64,000 bases of DNA from Bdellovibrionota bacterium (lineage in GTDB: Bacteria > Bdellovibrionota_C > UBA2361 > JBGSMV01): contig JBGSMV010000033.1 in NCBI GenBank assembly GCA_041739995.1, forward strand, positions 13,251 through 77,250, in the 5' to 3' direction. The first letter of the stretch is position 1, and each line of letters starts with the position of its first letter. Of the stretch, positions 62,447-64,000 are shown piece after piece. The notes beneath the pieces were generated by a model that ran no database searches, was not told the DNA's origin, and saw nothing but the letters and a program-made list of their open reading frames with translations. Both the position numbers and the translations under genes were made by a program.

Positions 62447-63443
62447 TGGTCTTCCTAACCTCGCAGCACACATCTTGGGCTGCTGAACGTTTTCCTCTAC
62501 CTTGAAAGAAATCGACTGGTATCTCGCTAAGGGGTAGAATTTGAGGCGATTTACCTCGAAGCGATGCGGCGGAACTAAGAGATTGTCGCATAGAGGCTAC
62601 CTCTCTTCGGCGGCTCAATCTTCTCAGCGTCCGTTTATAGGTTAATTTCGTAAGGAAATAGGCTTGCTGGCCGCCCCCGCCCAACTATCTCGAATATAAT
62701 CTGATCCCTGTCTCTGTCTGCTGCAACCGTCTCGCAAATGCGGGCAGCCTATCGGTGAAAACTCAGGCCACTAATGGTTTAGCATATTTGCAATCCTAGT
62801 ACCGCAGGTGATGCGAGGTTATGTGCGTAATGCCATGCGGCAAGGATTTCATATTTGAAGCAGAATCTAGAAGGCTGAAGGTACGGCGGTGGCATGCCGA
62901 GGTATGCAACTAGTCGCGTTCGGTATCACCTCTGTCCTGCTCTGATCGTTAGGCGAAGTTGTTATGATGTAACTCATCGAAGTACTTCTCGTGAGGCGGT
63001 CGCAGCAGCGCCCGTGGAGGGCGAGGTTCTCTGAATCGTTGACTATCTCGGCTCCGAATTAAATGATCCATACTGAGTTGGTTTGACGGGCATTGTCTGC
63101 ACTCAATTCTCTCCTGGACTAATACGCCAATGTAACCAAACTGAATTCTTGGGATCGACAACGATCATTCGCCAATCAACCCCCGGACTCATAGTCCGCA
63201 CGGTTATCCCCCTAGTCCCTGTTAGCCTCTATCTAAGGACACCAGAGAAGTTGAGAAATGTTCTTTGCTTGCTCTGAGACTTTAGAATCTGGTGGTTGGG
63301 TAGAAGTGTGAAAGCGGATCTCCTGGGTGGAAGGCGCGGCGAGACTCTCCGCCTTGCCCCCGGGCGGAAGCCGCGATGAAGGAAAGGTTCTTTCATGAGG
63401 TTTTCCCCAGAAATGCCCACTTGGGCAGAAAGGTCGACAGATC

Positions 63444-63864
63444 ATGAGCGAAACGAAGAACAAGGTCGAGATCACTGCGATTCTGGACACCGCCATTCAG
63501 CAGAAGGCAAGTGACATTCACTTGCGCGTGGGCAAGCCCCCGACTCTTCGCATCAACGGTCAGCTACGGGAACTCAAGACCATCCCGTTCAGTCCTGAGA
63601 TGATGGTCGCGGCGATGAAGAGCATCACACCGGAACCTTCCCAGGTGGAAGTCGCGGAACGTACCAAGCTGGGCTCGGACTTCGCCAAAGAGTACGGCGG
63701 AGCTCGCTTCCGCGTGTCACTCTTTCGAGAGCGCGGCCAGCTCGCCATGGTGCTGCGCCGCCTTCCCAACACGATCTTGACTCCTCAGCAGATCGGGTTT
63801 CCTCAAGAGGTGCTGCCGCTGCTCAACCGACCACGCGGACTGTTCCTCGTGACGGGACCCACGG
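63444..63864 (+). pseudogene. pilT: 5' fragment of a PilT-family retraction ATPase, broken inside Walker A
   Basis: ASDIHLRVG.PP.LRING.L, RFRV..FRERG....VLRR, RPRGLFLVTGPT; homology then stops (no GSGKST) and the frame ends at 63941. Confidence 0.8.
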
Positions 63865-63866
63865 AG

Positions 63867-63932
63867 AGCCTCACAATTAGGTGTTACCGAAGGAGCCTTG
63901 ATCTGAAGCCTCGTAATTGGATGTTACCGAAG
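63867..63932 (+). repeat. 26-bp imperfect direct repeat, 40-bp period
   Basis: AGCCTCACAATTAGGTGTTACCGAAG (63867-63892) vs AGCCTCGTAATTGGATGTTACCGAAG (63907-63932), 22/26 identical. Confidence 0.8.
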
Positions 63933-64000
63933 CATGCTTAAGCACCTGTCTTAACTGGGAGCGAAGTTGCTTCCGAAGTTTGATGGGTTTGAGAGTAGCT

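Noticed and set aside
62679..62954. Integron attC (GCCCAAC...GTTAGGC)
   Set aside because: About 275 bp apart, too long for attC; no internal palindrome or integrase seen.

Overview
Mostly core-genome bacterial window. Gene content suggests a Gram-negative, delta-proteobacterium/Bdellovibrionota-like organism (inference only). In order along the window: the 5' part of aspS; trkAH; a dcw cluster on the minus strand (mraZ-rsmH-ftsL-ftsI-murE-murF-mraY-murD ... ftsW-murG) with a clear sigma70 promoter and MraZ boxes, broken by two blocks of unrelated genes; an orphan LivJ-type binding protein; an ECF sigma factor coupled to an anti-sigma/vWA fusion, with a likely autoregulated promoter; glmS, tRNA-Arg(UCG), thyA-folA, speG; a CSLREA/Thr-Pro-linker surface protein; a class III cyclase, YyaL, acnA, a degenerate PP2C, a DUF5610-like protein, MscS and SufS; an ~810-nt repeat- and hairpin-rich noncoding region; two paralogous small proteins bracketing a DnaA_N/tau-like protein and yacG; rpmG, rfbA, tyrS; a flagellin whose variable region is a seven-repeat FG-GAP beta-propeller; and a pilT fragment cut off inside Walker A at the window end. 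No CRISPR array, rRNA, integrase or intact transposase was seen. All calls come from motif recognition by eye; no database search was run.
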